This document shows, piece after piece, positions 51,833 to 64,000 of a DNA stretch of 64,000 nt. Each line of letters opens with the position of its first letter. The first letter of the stretch is position 1. This DNA is from Geosiphon pyriformis uo1 (Eukaryota > Fungi > Glomeromycota). The DNA lies in the NCBI GenBank assembly GCA_016748015.1, contig JAAOMT010000566.1, forward strand, positions 293,579-357,578. The letters run 5' to 3'. The notes under the pieces were generated by a model. The model saw only the letters and a program-made list of their open reading frames with translations. It made no database searches and had not been told where the DNA came from. The translations under genes and the position numbers were made by a program.

Positions 51833-52870
51833 TTTTCAAAGGTAATAATAAAATAAGAATTTCGCAAATTCTAAGTGATTTTCCCATGTTTTTTCTTGGT
51901 CTGTCACTTTCTTGCATGATTGTTGTTGGTACTGGTTCTCTGTTGGATTATACTTCACAGAGAGCACCAAATGTTACAGATGATTATTTGGGATCTTAAG
52001 TTAAATAACAAACCCATAACTTGGTGCTCAAAGGGCTGTACGCATTTGATATAATGTTGTTAGTAATATCTAAAGGTTTTGTAGTTTGAAAATTTTGTTA
52101 GAGTTCTTTGTATAATAGACAAAGATTCAATGGTTGTTCTATCCGTAGCTTCCCAGAATCACAATTCTGTCAATTTTTTTCTTGACATAGTGGCCGGCAA
52201 TCCTCTAATAAGTAATCCGTAATTTGCTTTATGTGTTCTACCCACTCACAGAGGTCTTTTACCAGGCAATCCTTGATGTCAGTAATCTAGCGCTTTTAAT
52301 CAATTAGTACACAACAATAAAATCAAAGAAAGAAATAAAGCAAAAATAGAAAAATAAAGAAAATAAAAAAATAAAAAAATAAGCCAAGACAATGTGCAGA
52401 TTAGTATTCGTTAATAGCCATAATTAAGAGCTATTGTTCTAGTGTGATTAAGTATTGATTGCTATCAACATGGAGTGTTGATAGTGAAAAGTAGATTTGG
52501 ATGGTAAATAATTTATTTATTTAATATTTTTGTGAAGGGAAGATTTCTAACTAAAAGATTCTTTTTTTTTTTGTATTTTTAATAATTATGATTTACAAGT
52601 CTAATTGATTTTATGAGTCTAATTGACTCCACAAATCAATTGATTTTGAGTCTTCTTGACTAATTTTATAACTTCTAATACTACTGCTATATATACATAA
52701 TTTGAGTTTTATGAGATTGCTCACATTTTCGAACAATATTCTATAATTTTTCAAGCAATGCTCACATTGCTGAGCAATGTGCCATGATTTCTGACATTGC
52801 TCCACATTGCTGAGCAATGTGCTTACATGCTAACTACTGCTCCCTTATTGGTCTACTGTTTTCCTATATT

Positions 52871-54217
52871 TGTTTTCTTTTTATGAATAAAAATGACCAA
52901 AGCAAAGAGTAAAAAAGTTGCACTTAATATTTTTTCTGAAATATCTAATAAAATTTCAATCAGAGGAGCTGTTGTAAAAGCAACTAAGCAAAATGTTTTA
53001 AAAGCCTTCTTTTTATTTAGTAATCGTGAAAAGCTGCCTTTAGTAGCCACTGAAGCAACTTTTTCTTCTTTGGCTGGTTTTTTATCAGTCAAAGTTCCTT
53101 CAAAGAAACACACTTGGGTTAGTTCCAGTGTTGTTTTCACTTCTACTAAGAGTTCAAAAGTGTTTAATAATAGACCAGTTAACAAGCTAGTATTTACCTC
53201 TATTGCTTTAATGTCTAATGCTTCTGGCACTTTCTTTTTAAAGAAAATAGTTAAAAAAACTAAAAGTTCAAAAAAGTGAGGGCAGTTACTTGCCTTTGCT
53301 ATTGTTACACTGAACCCCTTTGTGGTTCCAAATAAGATTTCAAATAAGATCTCTGTCATATCATCCAGTACATCATTCAAAATGGGCCAAGATTAACTAC
53401 TGGCTGTGTTGCCAAATGTGGTGTCTTTTAACAGATTATTGCCAGTCTTAGAAGCAAAACAATTATTTTTTGTGATGTCACCTGTTTTTGAGAACTGGGC
53501 TAACCAAATGGAAACTGAATTATCTCCTTCTCTGGTTTTTGGTACTGTTACTGGTAGTGCTTGGAAAACTATTATTAGTTGTCAAAGATTTGCTGGGTAG
53601 GTGGCCTCTACTTTAGTGTCTGGTGCTACTTTTAAGATCAAATTGGCTTATGTTAAAGCTGTTTTTCAGTCAGTATATGGTTTTTTGGATGCGAAGTTAG
53701 TATCAAAGAACAATGTGAAGCTGTTTTGTGTGGAGTTTGCTTCTTAAGTGTTTTTGAAAGCTGCATTTTTGGTTAAGCTTACAAGCTTTATACATTTAAT
53801 CACTCTTAAAATTGCCAAGTCTTTGGTGGTTTCTAAGTCTGGTTCCCTTTCTGCTGCTGTTGTGCTGCATAATATGCTCTTGGGTGTGTCTGTTGCTGAT
53901 ATTAAAACAGCTCTTAGTGTGTTTGGTAATGTCACTCATGTTATGCTAAAGCCTGTTGGCATTTGGCAATATGTAGTAGTTTATTTTGAGAAGTTGAACT
54001 CTGCTGTATCTGCTTTGAATTATTGATTAGTCTTAATAGGTAAGAATAGTATTAGAATTTTCCCTTTGGTAAATTAAAATGAGACTATTTTGTCTCATAA
54101 TAAGTTTAAGACCAAGTTGGTCAATCTTTTTTTTAAATGTACAGCTTTTGAAATTAGTAATATGATTTCTCAAGTTAATAGTAGAACATGTTTTATTCCT
54201 TGTTTTCTTGAGTCTGG
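52871..54217 (+). mobile_element. ORF1-only LINE-like element, 5' part, interrupted by B2
   Basis: ORF fragments MTKAKSKK..VADIKTALSVFG..WQYVVVYFE (RRM-like ORF1). Colinear with 850-2130. Confidence 0.75.
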
Positions 54218-55171
54218 TATTACTGAAGGTTTTTGGTCTTTTTTTTTTAATGTTGTTAATGTCTGTTTGCTGTGAATTCACGTTTTTTGGATGTAGTTGA
54301 ACCTCCAGCAACTGAATTTATCTTCAAATTATCTCCTATAATTTGAACTGCTGGACTTATAAGTGGAATGGCCAATTCCATACCAGTTACTTTATGTAGT
54401 TACGTTGTAGTAAACGTCAACTCTTTCCCAGAAATTGCTCATCTGGAAGCTCACTAAAAATGTGTAGTTACTTTGCTGTGAAAGTCAACTCTTCTACAGG
54501 AATCTTGTCTGTAGGCTACCCTAATGATTATAATAAGAAAAATAAAAAAAAATAAAAAAAATGTAAAAGAAATAGGATTTTATCAAAGGAAGCATTTTCT
54601 ATTCAGGCCTGAAGTCACTAACAGATTATTGAAATTGGTAGCTAATCAATTTCAAAACTTTAGTTGGGTTTTGAGGATTTTCCAAGTGCAATAATTAAGG
54701 AATTTGGTTTTTTTGAATTATTTAATATTTATTTCTTTTTGTGTGTGTAGGAATGGTTCTAAGTGATAAATCTAAAGTAAGATACATTTTTTCGAAGAGA
54801 GAAGCTCTTCTTTTATACAACTTGTCATAACACTATTCTATGAACTTGAACTTTGCTATTTTCTACAATTTCGCTGAACTAAAGATACATTTTGGCAAAC
54901 TACAAGTTATTTCTGTGAACTATTAGATATTTCAGTGAACTATCAATTATTTCTACAAATTTCTACAAATTTCAGCAAACTTTTAAATGTTACATAGTTC
55001 GGAGTATTGCATGATTAATCATTGCAATTAGGTTACATTTGTGTTGTGTATAATTTGGGTTATTAATTAAATGATAATTTCAGACATTTTTTTTTTTGCT
55101 AATGTAATAAGTGATCATTTGAAACAATAATATATGCTAATTAATGATAGGAATTATAAGATAATTTCATG

Positions 55172-55891
55172 CTAAATAATATCTCTAATTTCATTTGGTA
55201 ATATAACTTCCTCCTTAAGACTGAGCTCCGTCAAAATCCAAGTACTATCTATCATTTCCAGATAATAATCCAAAATTATTGAAGAAATTTGGTCTGAAAA
55301 TTGTTGAAATTTCAGTTCTGTGAGCTTTCCAATGTATTGAATCTTCAAAGATTGAAAAATTGGGTTTTGTAGTATGTTTTCACAGGTGTGGAATAGGTCA
55401 TAAAGTCTAAGAGCAGCTCTGAGCCTGTAGCGACTGTTTGTTGATTCCACTGTTGTCTTGAATTTGTTGTGGAGTTGTTTCTAGATAGCTTCTTTTGTAA
55501 AATTTGCTGTTGTAAGTTCCAGTTTCCATTCGTAGAGTGTTTTTCCAATGTGAAAATATCTATAGATTGGAGGATATTCAGTGTTTTCTTCATTGAGACA
55601 CAATTGAAGTCTTTGTTGAATTGTAGCATTTAGTGGAATACTAATCGGGATGAGCATTAGGTTTTCTCTTAAAGCAAGCTTTAAAAGTTCTGGCAGGTAA
55701 ATTCCAGTATAACTTCTTGTGTTCTTCTTATACGAGTAATATTTTCATGAATTTGGGACTAAATTTGTAACTACTTCTGTTTGGGTATAATTAATGTGGT
55801 TTCCAGTAACAGTAATAGATAATTCGGGTATTGTTTTTAAAGCTAACATTAGTTTTTGGGATAATTGTTGAATGTTTTGAGGAATAGTCAT
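55172..55891 (-). pseudogene. ORF3 of B2
   Basis: Same 720-nt frame as 35913-36632. Its stops are at different positions from those in B1. Confidence 0.85.
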
Positions 55892-56029
55892 TATAAGCAA
55901 TTTGAAATAAAAGAAAATTATTATTATTATTATTATTTTTTTTGTGTATGGGTTTTTATGTTATTTTTGTTTTGTTTTTGTGAGATTGTTTCTAAATTAT
56001 AAGAAGATAACTATAATAATAATTTTAAA

Positions 56030-57415
56030 TTAAGTGTTCAAGTTGGAAGACTGTTTAATGACAACTATTGGTTCTAAATTTCGGAGAATGTCTTCAGGAT
56101 TGATTAAAGGGGAATGTGTACCAATTTGTGGAATTAATGGTTCAGGATTGTTTCTGGAATTGTAGTGTTTCAAACGATCTTCATGTGCAACTTTTGTTAG
56201 AATTTTGTCATCAAGTTTTAGCTTGTATGATCCGTTGCCTAAAACTTCATGGATAAAGAATAGTTCATTCCATTTATTTTCAAATTTTCTACTCCATTGT
56301 TTTTCAGCTTTAGTTCTGTGTAAGAGAACTTTGTTTCCAATTTTAAATTCATTGGTGACTGGAGACAATTTGTCATCATGCCATTCTTTTTGTTTAGCTT
56401 GGGAGTGTTCAATATGGGTGACTGCTATTCATCATTTTTCTTCTAATGTGCTAAGCAGAGTGTAGGCTCTTTGTTGAAGCATTTCTTAGAAATTGTTTTC
56501 ATCAATTGGTTGTGCTGGGTATGTTTCCACTGTGAAACTAATTGGTAACATTGCCATCCTTCCGTAAGTTAAATCAAATGGTATGTGTTTTGTGGTATCT
56601 TGTTTTAGTGTCCTATATGCTAGTAACACTGATGGAATAAAGAGATCCCATTCTTGCTCAAAATTGGTTGAAACTTTGGCTAATGATTCACACAATGTTC
56701 TGTTGAACCGTTCTATCAGTCTATTTGTTTGTGGATGGTAAGGTGAAGATAATGGTCTTTTGACATTAAATCGTCCACAAATTTCCTGGATTAAATTGTT
56801 CACAAAATGTGTTCCTTGATCAGATAAAAGTTCTATTGGGCATCTATGTCTACAAATAATGTCTTCATAGATGAAGTTTGCTACTGATTTTGCATCTGCC
56901 CGTTGAATGGCTCTGGCTTCAGACTATTTGGTGAGATAGTTTACAGCTACTGCAATATAGTGGTTTTCTTGGTTTGTGATAGGTAGTGGTCTGACTAAAT
57001 CGATACCAACTCTGTCAAAAGGCTGTCCAACTTTGATTGGATTTAAAGGTTCTGTAAAGCGAGTTCTTTCTCTTCTTTGACAACTATCACAAGATTCGAC
57101 ATATTCGTAAATATCTTTTCTTATTTGAGGCCAAAAGTAGTATTCTAGTGTTCTTTAGGTGGTGCTGTTTTTTTTGAAGTGGGCTGATGAAGGATCTGAG
57201 TGTATGTTGTATAATATAGTCTCTTTTTTTTGTTCTTGTATTAATCTGAGTGGTTTGTCTGGGTTTTTGAAATTTTGATGATAGATAATGTTGTTGTGTA
57301 GAAAATATTGTTTGGCTTGTTGTTGTAGTCAATGTTTTTCATCTAGAGACCAATCTGTTGGGATTGTTAATGTTTCCAAATATTGTTTGAGACCATTGTA
57401 GTTTTCTGAATTCAT
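56030..57415 (-). pseudogene. Integrase ORF of B2
   Basis: Homologous to 34411-35796, with its own ATG at 57415. Confidence 0.9.
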
Positions 57416-57473
57416 TGTTTGTTGGCTCTTTTGGTTGGTTAATTTAAGTGTTGGTTTTTGTGTTTTTTTTTTT

Positions 57474-60400
57474 CTAATTTTGTCTCATTCTAAAGAGACA
57501 GTCAACATTGGTGTAGAGTTTTCCTGGTTTGTGATGTACTATGTATTGATAGTTTGCTAAAAATTCTGTCCATCAAGTTTGTTTTGCATTCAGCTGAGTA
57601 TTTTTGTTTTGAAGCCATTTGAGTCCAATATTATCAGTGATAATATCAAATTTTTTAGGCTTGAGATAAAGGTTGAAGTGGTGTAGAGCCCAAATTACAG
57701 CTGCTGTTTCTAGTTTTGTGGCAGGGTAGTTTCTCTCAGCTGGTTTTAATGTTCTGCTAGCATAAGCAATTATTTGCTCATTTCCATTGTCATCTAATTG
57801 TGATAAGATGGCACCAAAAGCAGTATACGAAGCATCTGTAGCTAGTCGAAATCAGTTGCTGAAATCCAAGTAGGCGAGAATTGGAGCTGTTGTCAGTTTT
57901 TCCTTGAGAATTTCAAAAGCTTTTTGGTGTTCGGTAGTCTATTCGTATTTGATGTTTTTGATGGTGAGCTGGTTGAAGGGTTTTGCAATTTCTGAGAATC
58001 CTTTGATAAACTTCTGATAGTAGGATGCTAATTCTATGAATCCTCTTAGTTCTGTAGTGTTTCGAAGAGTTTTGAAATTTTTGACAATGCTGATTTTTCC
58101 AGAGTCTGGTTTGATTCTATCTTTACTAACAATATGACCAAGGAAGATTAGGCTTGTTTTTCCAAAGTAGCATTTTTCGATATTGAGTTTTAGTCCTGCT
58201 TTTTGTAATCGTTGAAAAACTTCTTGCAAGTGTTTTAAGTGTAATTCGAATGATGGAGAATAAACATCAGTATTGTCAAGATAAACAACTACTGACTTCC
58301 AAAGAAGTCTTTGGTACACAACATCCATTAATTTCTGAAACATTGCTAGTGCATTGCATAATCCAAAAGGCATTACATTGAACTCGTAATTTCCGCCTTG
58401 GGTGGTGAATACTGTTTTGGGGCAATTTTTGAGATTCATAGCAACTTGCCAGTAACTGCTTTCTAAATCTAGTGTTGAAAAGTATTTGGATTTTCCAAGG
58501 GCATCTAACATGGCATCAATCCGAGGAAAAGGGTAGACGTCTCCAATTGTAATACTGTTAAGTTGTCGATAGTCAACACAAAATCAGATCTTTCCATTTT
58601 TCTTTTTAACTAATACTACAGGTAAAGCCCAAGAACTCATGGAGGGTTGGATAAGCCCATTGTTAAGCATTTGTTGTACTTCTTTTCAAATGAATTGGTG
58701 GCTTTCTGGAGCAACTTGATATGCTTGTTGTCTTCTTGGTTTGGCATCTCCTGTATAAATTTGGTGTTGGACCAAATTGGTTCTTCCTAAGTTATTGTTG
58801 TTTTCAGCAAAGATGTTGGCAAATTCTGCAATTAGCTCTTTGAGCTGAGTCTGTTGTTGTGGTTCAAATTGTCCCATGTTGATTCGAGATAGTTTTTCCA
58901 TGATAACATAGTAGTTTTTGGAGCTGGGGTTTGAGTTGGTTTTTGGTATTAAATGTCCAATAATTTCAGAGAAATTGGGAACTGTTTGGGGTAATTCTTG
59001 TTGAAATATATTACTGTGAATAACTCCAATTTCTAAATTATTTAATAAAATATGGGGTAATTATTGGGGTTGTAAAAAGTAACTCAGACTTTCTTTGTTC
59101 CTTCTGGAATATAAATGTTTGGGATCAAAATATTATGTTCCAAGCAGACTTGTTCATTGAACTCAAAAATTTGTTGTGTGGTTGTTGGCTTTGGGCAGGT
59201 GTAGATTTCCGAATGTTCTCCAAAGGGTAAGATAGTAATCGGTTGTGGAAGTCTGAAAATCTAGTGGGATTTGTTCTGTGTGTTAAGAACTATATTAACT
59301 GGAACTGTGAATCGTCCAGTTGAACCAAAACCTTAGGTTTCTCTATCACTTTTTTCTAATTGTTCTCTTTGATTGACTAGTTGCAAACCCGAAATGTTGA
59401 TTAAGGGTAGGTAAATAGCTTGGACAATTTTTTCAGCATGTTCAATCTTGAATAGTTTGTCAGTTTCATTTTGAAGCATTACTGTAATGTCTCTAGTATA
59501 TCCAGCATCAATTATTCCTCCTCTGACATTGATTCCTTTGCTTGTCAGAGAGGACTGGGAGGTGATTTGAACCATTGCTCCTGGTGGGATTTCGAGTGCA
59601 ATTTTGAGGTTAATTTTTGTGAGAGATTTGGGTTTGAGAACAAGAGTATCCTTGCCTGGATATCTTAGATTATATTCAGCATCAATTTCGTGTGCTTTTT
59701 CAGGTTTTATTCCTTGTCCATTGTTGTTGAAGTATTTAAGTTGTAAGACAGGCTGATTTTCGATAAGGTAGATAGGTGTTGTTTCAATTTTTTCCATTGC
59801 TTCAGGTTCTCCAAATTCAATTTTGTTCTCATCATTTTCATTGGGCAAGGGGATACTAAGAGCATAGCATTCAGGACACTACTGTTCATCGCAAGGCATA
59901 ATGCATTCTTTACATAGCCTAATGTTCATTTGTTCTAATTGTTGAATTTGAGCTTCTTGAGTTGGGTAGATGTGACTTGCAATTTGGTGGTAAACTTCTA
60001 CTTCGTCTTCGTAATTGAATCCAGCTAATTCCATGGTGTATTCAATGTATTTTGCTTCCTTCATTTGGCAAACATCTTCTTTGGTAGCTCCATTAATTAA
60101 TGCCATTGCTAGGTCGAAAATCATCTCAGCATCATGGAGGTAGTGATAAAGTTTGTTGAGAGCACTGTTGTATGCCACATTAAAGGGTGTTTCTCTTTTT
60201 ACTTTTTCTGAAATTGATAAAGCATATTGGCAGGTCTGATCACAGACTTCTCCTTTCATGGTTACATCAATCCAATTGCATTCTTCTGGTAGCATATCTT
60301 CACAAGTCAAACAAGGGGTGTTGTTTCATTTGCCGCTCCTTTTTATTAGATGGCCCCATCATTCTCTGTGGCAAGTCTTGCAGTAATAACAAGTATGATT

Positions 60401-63091
60401 TTCATATTCTTCTTCAGGTGAAATGCAGACTCCCATTGACGATAGTTTTTTGTGGCAGTTGTTATATTTAAGGGGAATATAGGGGCATTGTTTTCTTGGT
60501 TCAGGTTTTGAGTAAGGAATATTCCATCCAGAGGTTTCAGGTTCAGAGTGTGGGGTAAAATGTTCTTGTTCTGTTTCATTGGCCCAGTTGGACGTTGATC
60601 CAAGAGCCATAAATGTTTCAATGAGGGGTTTTTCCTTTTTCAGTTCGAATTTAAAAGCTGGGGTTTTTTCAGAGTGTTTGTTGAATATACCACAAGTGCC
60701 AGGTATCCGGGCATGTTGTTCTTGGTAAGAGATTGTTAACTTTTGTGTTTCCCAATTCAGATTAGCATTGGCTTTTTGAAGCCAATCATTTCCGATGAGA
60801 GCTTGGTACTGGGGTGTGTTCATTACAAGAACTTTGACTGAAATAGTAATTCTATCAAGAGTGAATGGAAAATTGTCAATTTCTCCTACTGGGGTCTTTT
60901 TCATGCCATCGGTAGTGACGATTATTATTTGAGCTGGTCAGTCGACATTTCTTTTCAACTGTTGCATTAACTGGTAGGTAATAATGCTTCTGGTGGATCC
61001 ACTGTCTAGGATCAATCAAATTGTCTTTTCTTCAACTTTTGCTTTGGTGTACATAGCCATAATTGCTTTTTGTTCATTGGCGGCTGCATTGCTAAGCAGG
61101 AATAGTAACTTATTTGCTTCGAACTCAAAAGGGAATATATCTAAAAGGTTAGTGTTTTCAGCAATTCTAGCTGGTGAGATTGTAGTAAGAGTATAGGAAG
61201 GGTTTTGTTGTTGTGCTGCAGCTCTACCTTTCGAGAGTGCAGTATGGTAAAAATCCTGTTCTTCTGGCATTGTTAAATAACTGGGTTGAGTGTGGTAGTG
61301 ATTGGGTCTTAGTTGAGTGGAATTTCAGGGAACCAATTGGTTATTCGAACTGATTCTATTGTTGTTTACTTGGTATCGGTTTTGTGGTGTGAATTGATTT
61401 TGTGTAAGCAGTCTTCGAACAGATACTGGATAATGTTGTGTGAGCAGTTGTTGGTATTGCTGTTGGATTGGCTGTGGGGCGGACTGATAATAGTTATTTT
61501 GGTATTGGGGTCTTGGTGGATAGTAAGCTGGTGGTGGCAGTTGATAATAAGATTGCTGTGGTGGAGGGTAACGTTGATTACTCCTATTTTATTGGTCTTG
61601 TTGTAGCTTTCTGCAATTTCTTTTCCAGTGGCCAAAGATTCCACAGTAATGGCAATTTTAAGACTGGTTATTGGAAAGTGGTGCAAAGTTATTTTGATTT
61701 CATCTTTGGGGTGGTTGATATCTTTGGGGTTGCTGTTGTTGTTAATTGGTGAAATAGTTTTCAACCTTTTTTGTGAGTTGGTCAATTTTTTCCTCAGCTG
61801 CTGAGCTGGTTTTTCCAATTGCCAAATTTACAAGTTTTGTGCAATTGGCTTCTTCCATGGCCATTTCGTATCTTTTCGCATGCTGTATAGCAGAGTTTAA
61901 ATCTTCTGGTGCATGTGGACAAATCTTTTTAATTAATTTATCTTTTAGACCAGCGATAAATTGATCCAAGATTTGAGCATCGGAATAATAATCATTTGTT
62001 TCAAGTTGGCGAATTCATCTGAGAAGTTTGTTGAATTTCCCAATATAAGTCATAACAAATTCAGAGGGTTCTTGTTTGATATTTCGAAAACAATTACAAA
62101 GAATGATAGAGGTATTATTGTCAGTGAACTGTTCAAGAAAGGCTGCTTTGAAAGCGTTCCAATCATTGAATGGGGCAGCCAAGTTTTCAAACCATTCTTC
62201 TGCTGTTCCTTTGAAAAAGTAGGAAATTGTTCTTAACATTCTGGCAGCATTCCATCTATTTGCATCTCCAACTTTAGTAACTTGGTTGAGCCATTCTTGG
62301 AGACTGGTCTCAATATCTTCTCCATTGAATTCAGAGATTTTTGCAATGTATGTTGTCATTTTGTCTTCTTCGTTTTCACTGTCTATTGATTTTTCTTCAG
62401 TTATTTCAGAGTTGTTTTCTTCATTTGCTGCTGTCTTAGAGTGTTTACTTTGATTTTCAGCTAGAAAATCAAGGAGATTGGAACTAGTTTGAAGGAGTTC
62501 TTGTTGTCTGGTAGGACTTCTGAGTGATGTAAAATCTTCTGGTCTTGCAAATTGATTCAAAGGTAAATTAGATGTTTGTGCCTGTATAAGTGAAGCTGGA
62601 AAAGGTGTGATAGTAAGTGAAAGTTTTGAACTGATTCCTTGTTCAGGTATTTGTAAATGATTGGCAGTTGTTTTTGGTAGTGTTGGAGTATTTGGGATGG
62701 TTCTTGAGTATTGCTTCAATTTGTTTTTGCCTTTGTTGCTTGTTTCTGTTTCCGATTCAAAATCAATAGTGTATTGAGACTGCACTGGATATGTTTTTTC
62801 ACAGTATTTGATAATGTTAAAATTAAGTTCGTGAAAGTAAGTGACAAGTGTTTTACTGTTAAGGTCTTCAGTTTCCAACTGTGAATAGTATGCTAAATTA
62901 TTGTAAAGGTTGCTTCTAACTTCTGAAATATTATAATTTCCAAAAAGATAATTGTTGATGCGGTTTTCAATATATTGGTATACTGATTTCTTAACAACTT
63001 CAATTCCGTCTGGAATGTTGAATCTTTGCTTGCAGTGGATGTAAATTGACTGGTAATACTCTAGAGTTGTTGTGTCTGGTGTGGTCGCCAC
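57474..63091 (-). pseudogene. gag-PR-Cys-rich-dUTPase-RT-RNase H polyprotein of B2
   Basis: Homologous to 28744-34360. GTG start at 63091, TAG at 57474-57476. Confidence 0.92.
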
Positions 63092-64000
63092 TTTGAAGTT
63101 GTTTTTGCTGTGTTGTTTCTGTGGAAGAGCACCAAATGTTACTGGAGGTTTTTGGTCTCTTTTCTTTAATGTTGTTAATGTCTGTTTGCTGTGAATTCAC
63201 ATTTTCTAGATGTGGTTGAACCTCCAGCAACTGAATTTATCTTCAAATTATCTCCTATAATTTGAACTGCTGGGCTTATAAGTGGAATGACCAATTCTGT
63301 GCCAGTTACTTTATGTAGTTATGTTGTAGTAAATGTCAACTCTTTCCCAAGAATTACTTGTCTGGAAGCTCACTAAAAATGTGTAGTTACTTTGCTGTGA
63401 AAGTCAACTCTTCTACAGGAATCCCGTCTATAGGCTACCCTAATGATTATAATAAGAAAAATAAAAGAAAATAAAAGAAATGTAAAAGAAATAAGATTTT
63501 ATCAAGGGAAGCATTTTCTATCCAGGCCTGGAATCACTAACAGATTATTGAAATTGGTAGCTAATCAATTTCAAAACTTTAGTTGGGTTTTAAGGATTTT
63601 CCAAGTGCAATAATTAAGGAATTTGGTTTTTTTAAATTATTTAATATTTATTTTTTTTTGTGTGTGTAGGAATGGTTCTAAGTGATAAATCTAAAGTAAG
63701 ATACATTTTCTCGAAGAGAGAAGCTCTTCTTTTATACAACTTGTCATAACACTATTCTATGAACTTGAACTTTGCTATTTTCTACAATTTTGCTGAACTA
63801 AAAATACATTTCGGCAAACTACAAGTTATTTCTGCAAACTATTAGATATTTCGGTGAACTATCAATTATTTTGGCAAATTTCTATAAATTTCGGCAAACT
63901 TTTAAATGTTACATAGTTTGGGGTATTGCATAATTGATCATTGCAATTAGGTTACATTTGTGTTGTGTACAATTTGGGTTATTAATTAAATGATAATTTC

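Larger units (their letters stand above)
50861..52870 (-). mobile_element. Internally deleted family-A-related LTR element D (LTR 51972 to ~52870, PBS, gag stub, tandem arrays, dUTPase start)
   Basis: LTR is similar to the family A LTR. PBS TTTGGTGCTCTCTGTGA ends at 51971. NHLEFAKFLF matches the start of A gag. 50861-51330 matches the A pre-dUTPase region. Confidence 0.8.
54218..64000 (-). mobile_element. Ty3/Gypsy family B copy 2 (5' LTR runs off the window)
   Basis: Inverted copy of B1. 3' LTR 54218-55203 (986 bp), PBS ~63119-63136, 5' LTR from 63137. Confidence 0.96.

Overview
AT-rich eukaryotic DNA, probably fungal. The gene and element style suggests Glomeromycotina/Mucoromycota, which is inference. 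There is one host gene, a multi-exon OCRL/INPP5B-type inositol polyphosphate 5-phosphatase with ASH and RhoGAP-like domains (minus strand, ~4380-7846). The rest is a nested graveyard of retroelements riddled with C>T/G>A changes. It holds five Ty3/Gypsy-type LTR elements: full-length A at 10052-20151, B1 at 27713-37586 and B2 at 54218 to the window end; truncated C; and an internally deleted A-relative D. It also holds several APE-RT-RNase H non-LTR (LINE) elements and two copies of an ORF1-only LINE partner. The most striking result comes from comparing copies: these Gypsy elements have a retrovirus-like multi-ORF layout. (1) Gag appears GUG-initiated, with a conserved N-terminal extension whose ~730 nt lack AUG in all three frames in the family B consensus. 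(2) A Cys-rich domain and a dUTPase lie between protease and RT. (3) Integrase is a separate AUG-initiated ORF after a conserved stop and an out-of-frame spacer. (4) A conserved non-Env third ORF reads through the PPT into the 3' LTR. The LINEs and the ORF1-only element share a covarying structured 3' tail.
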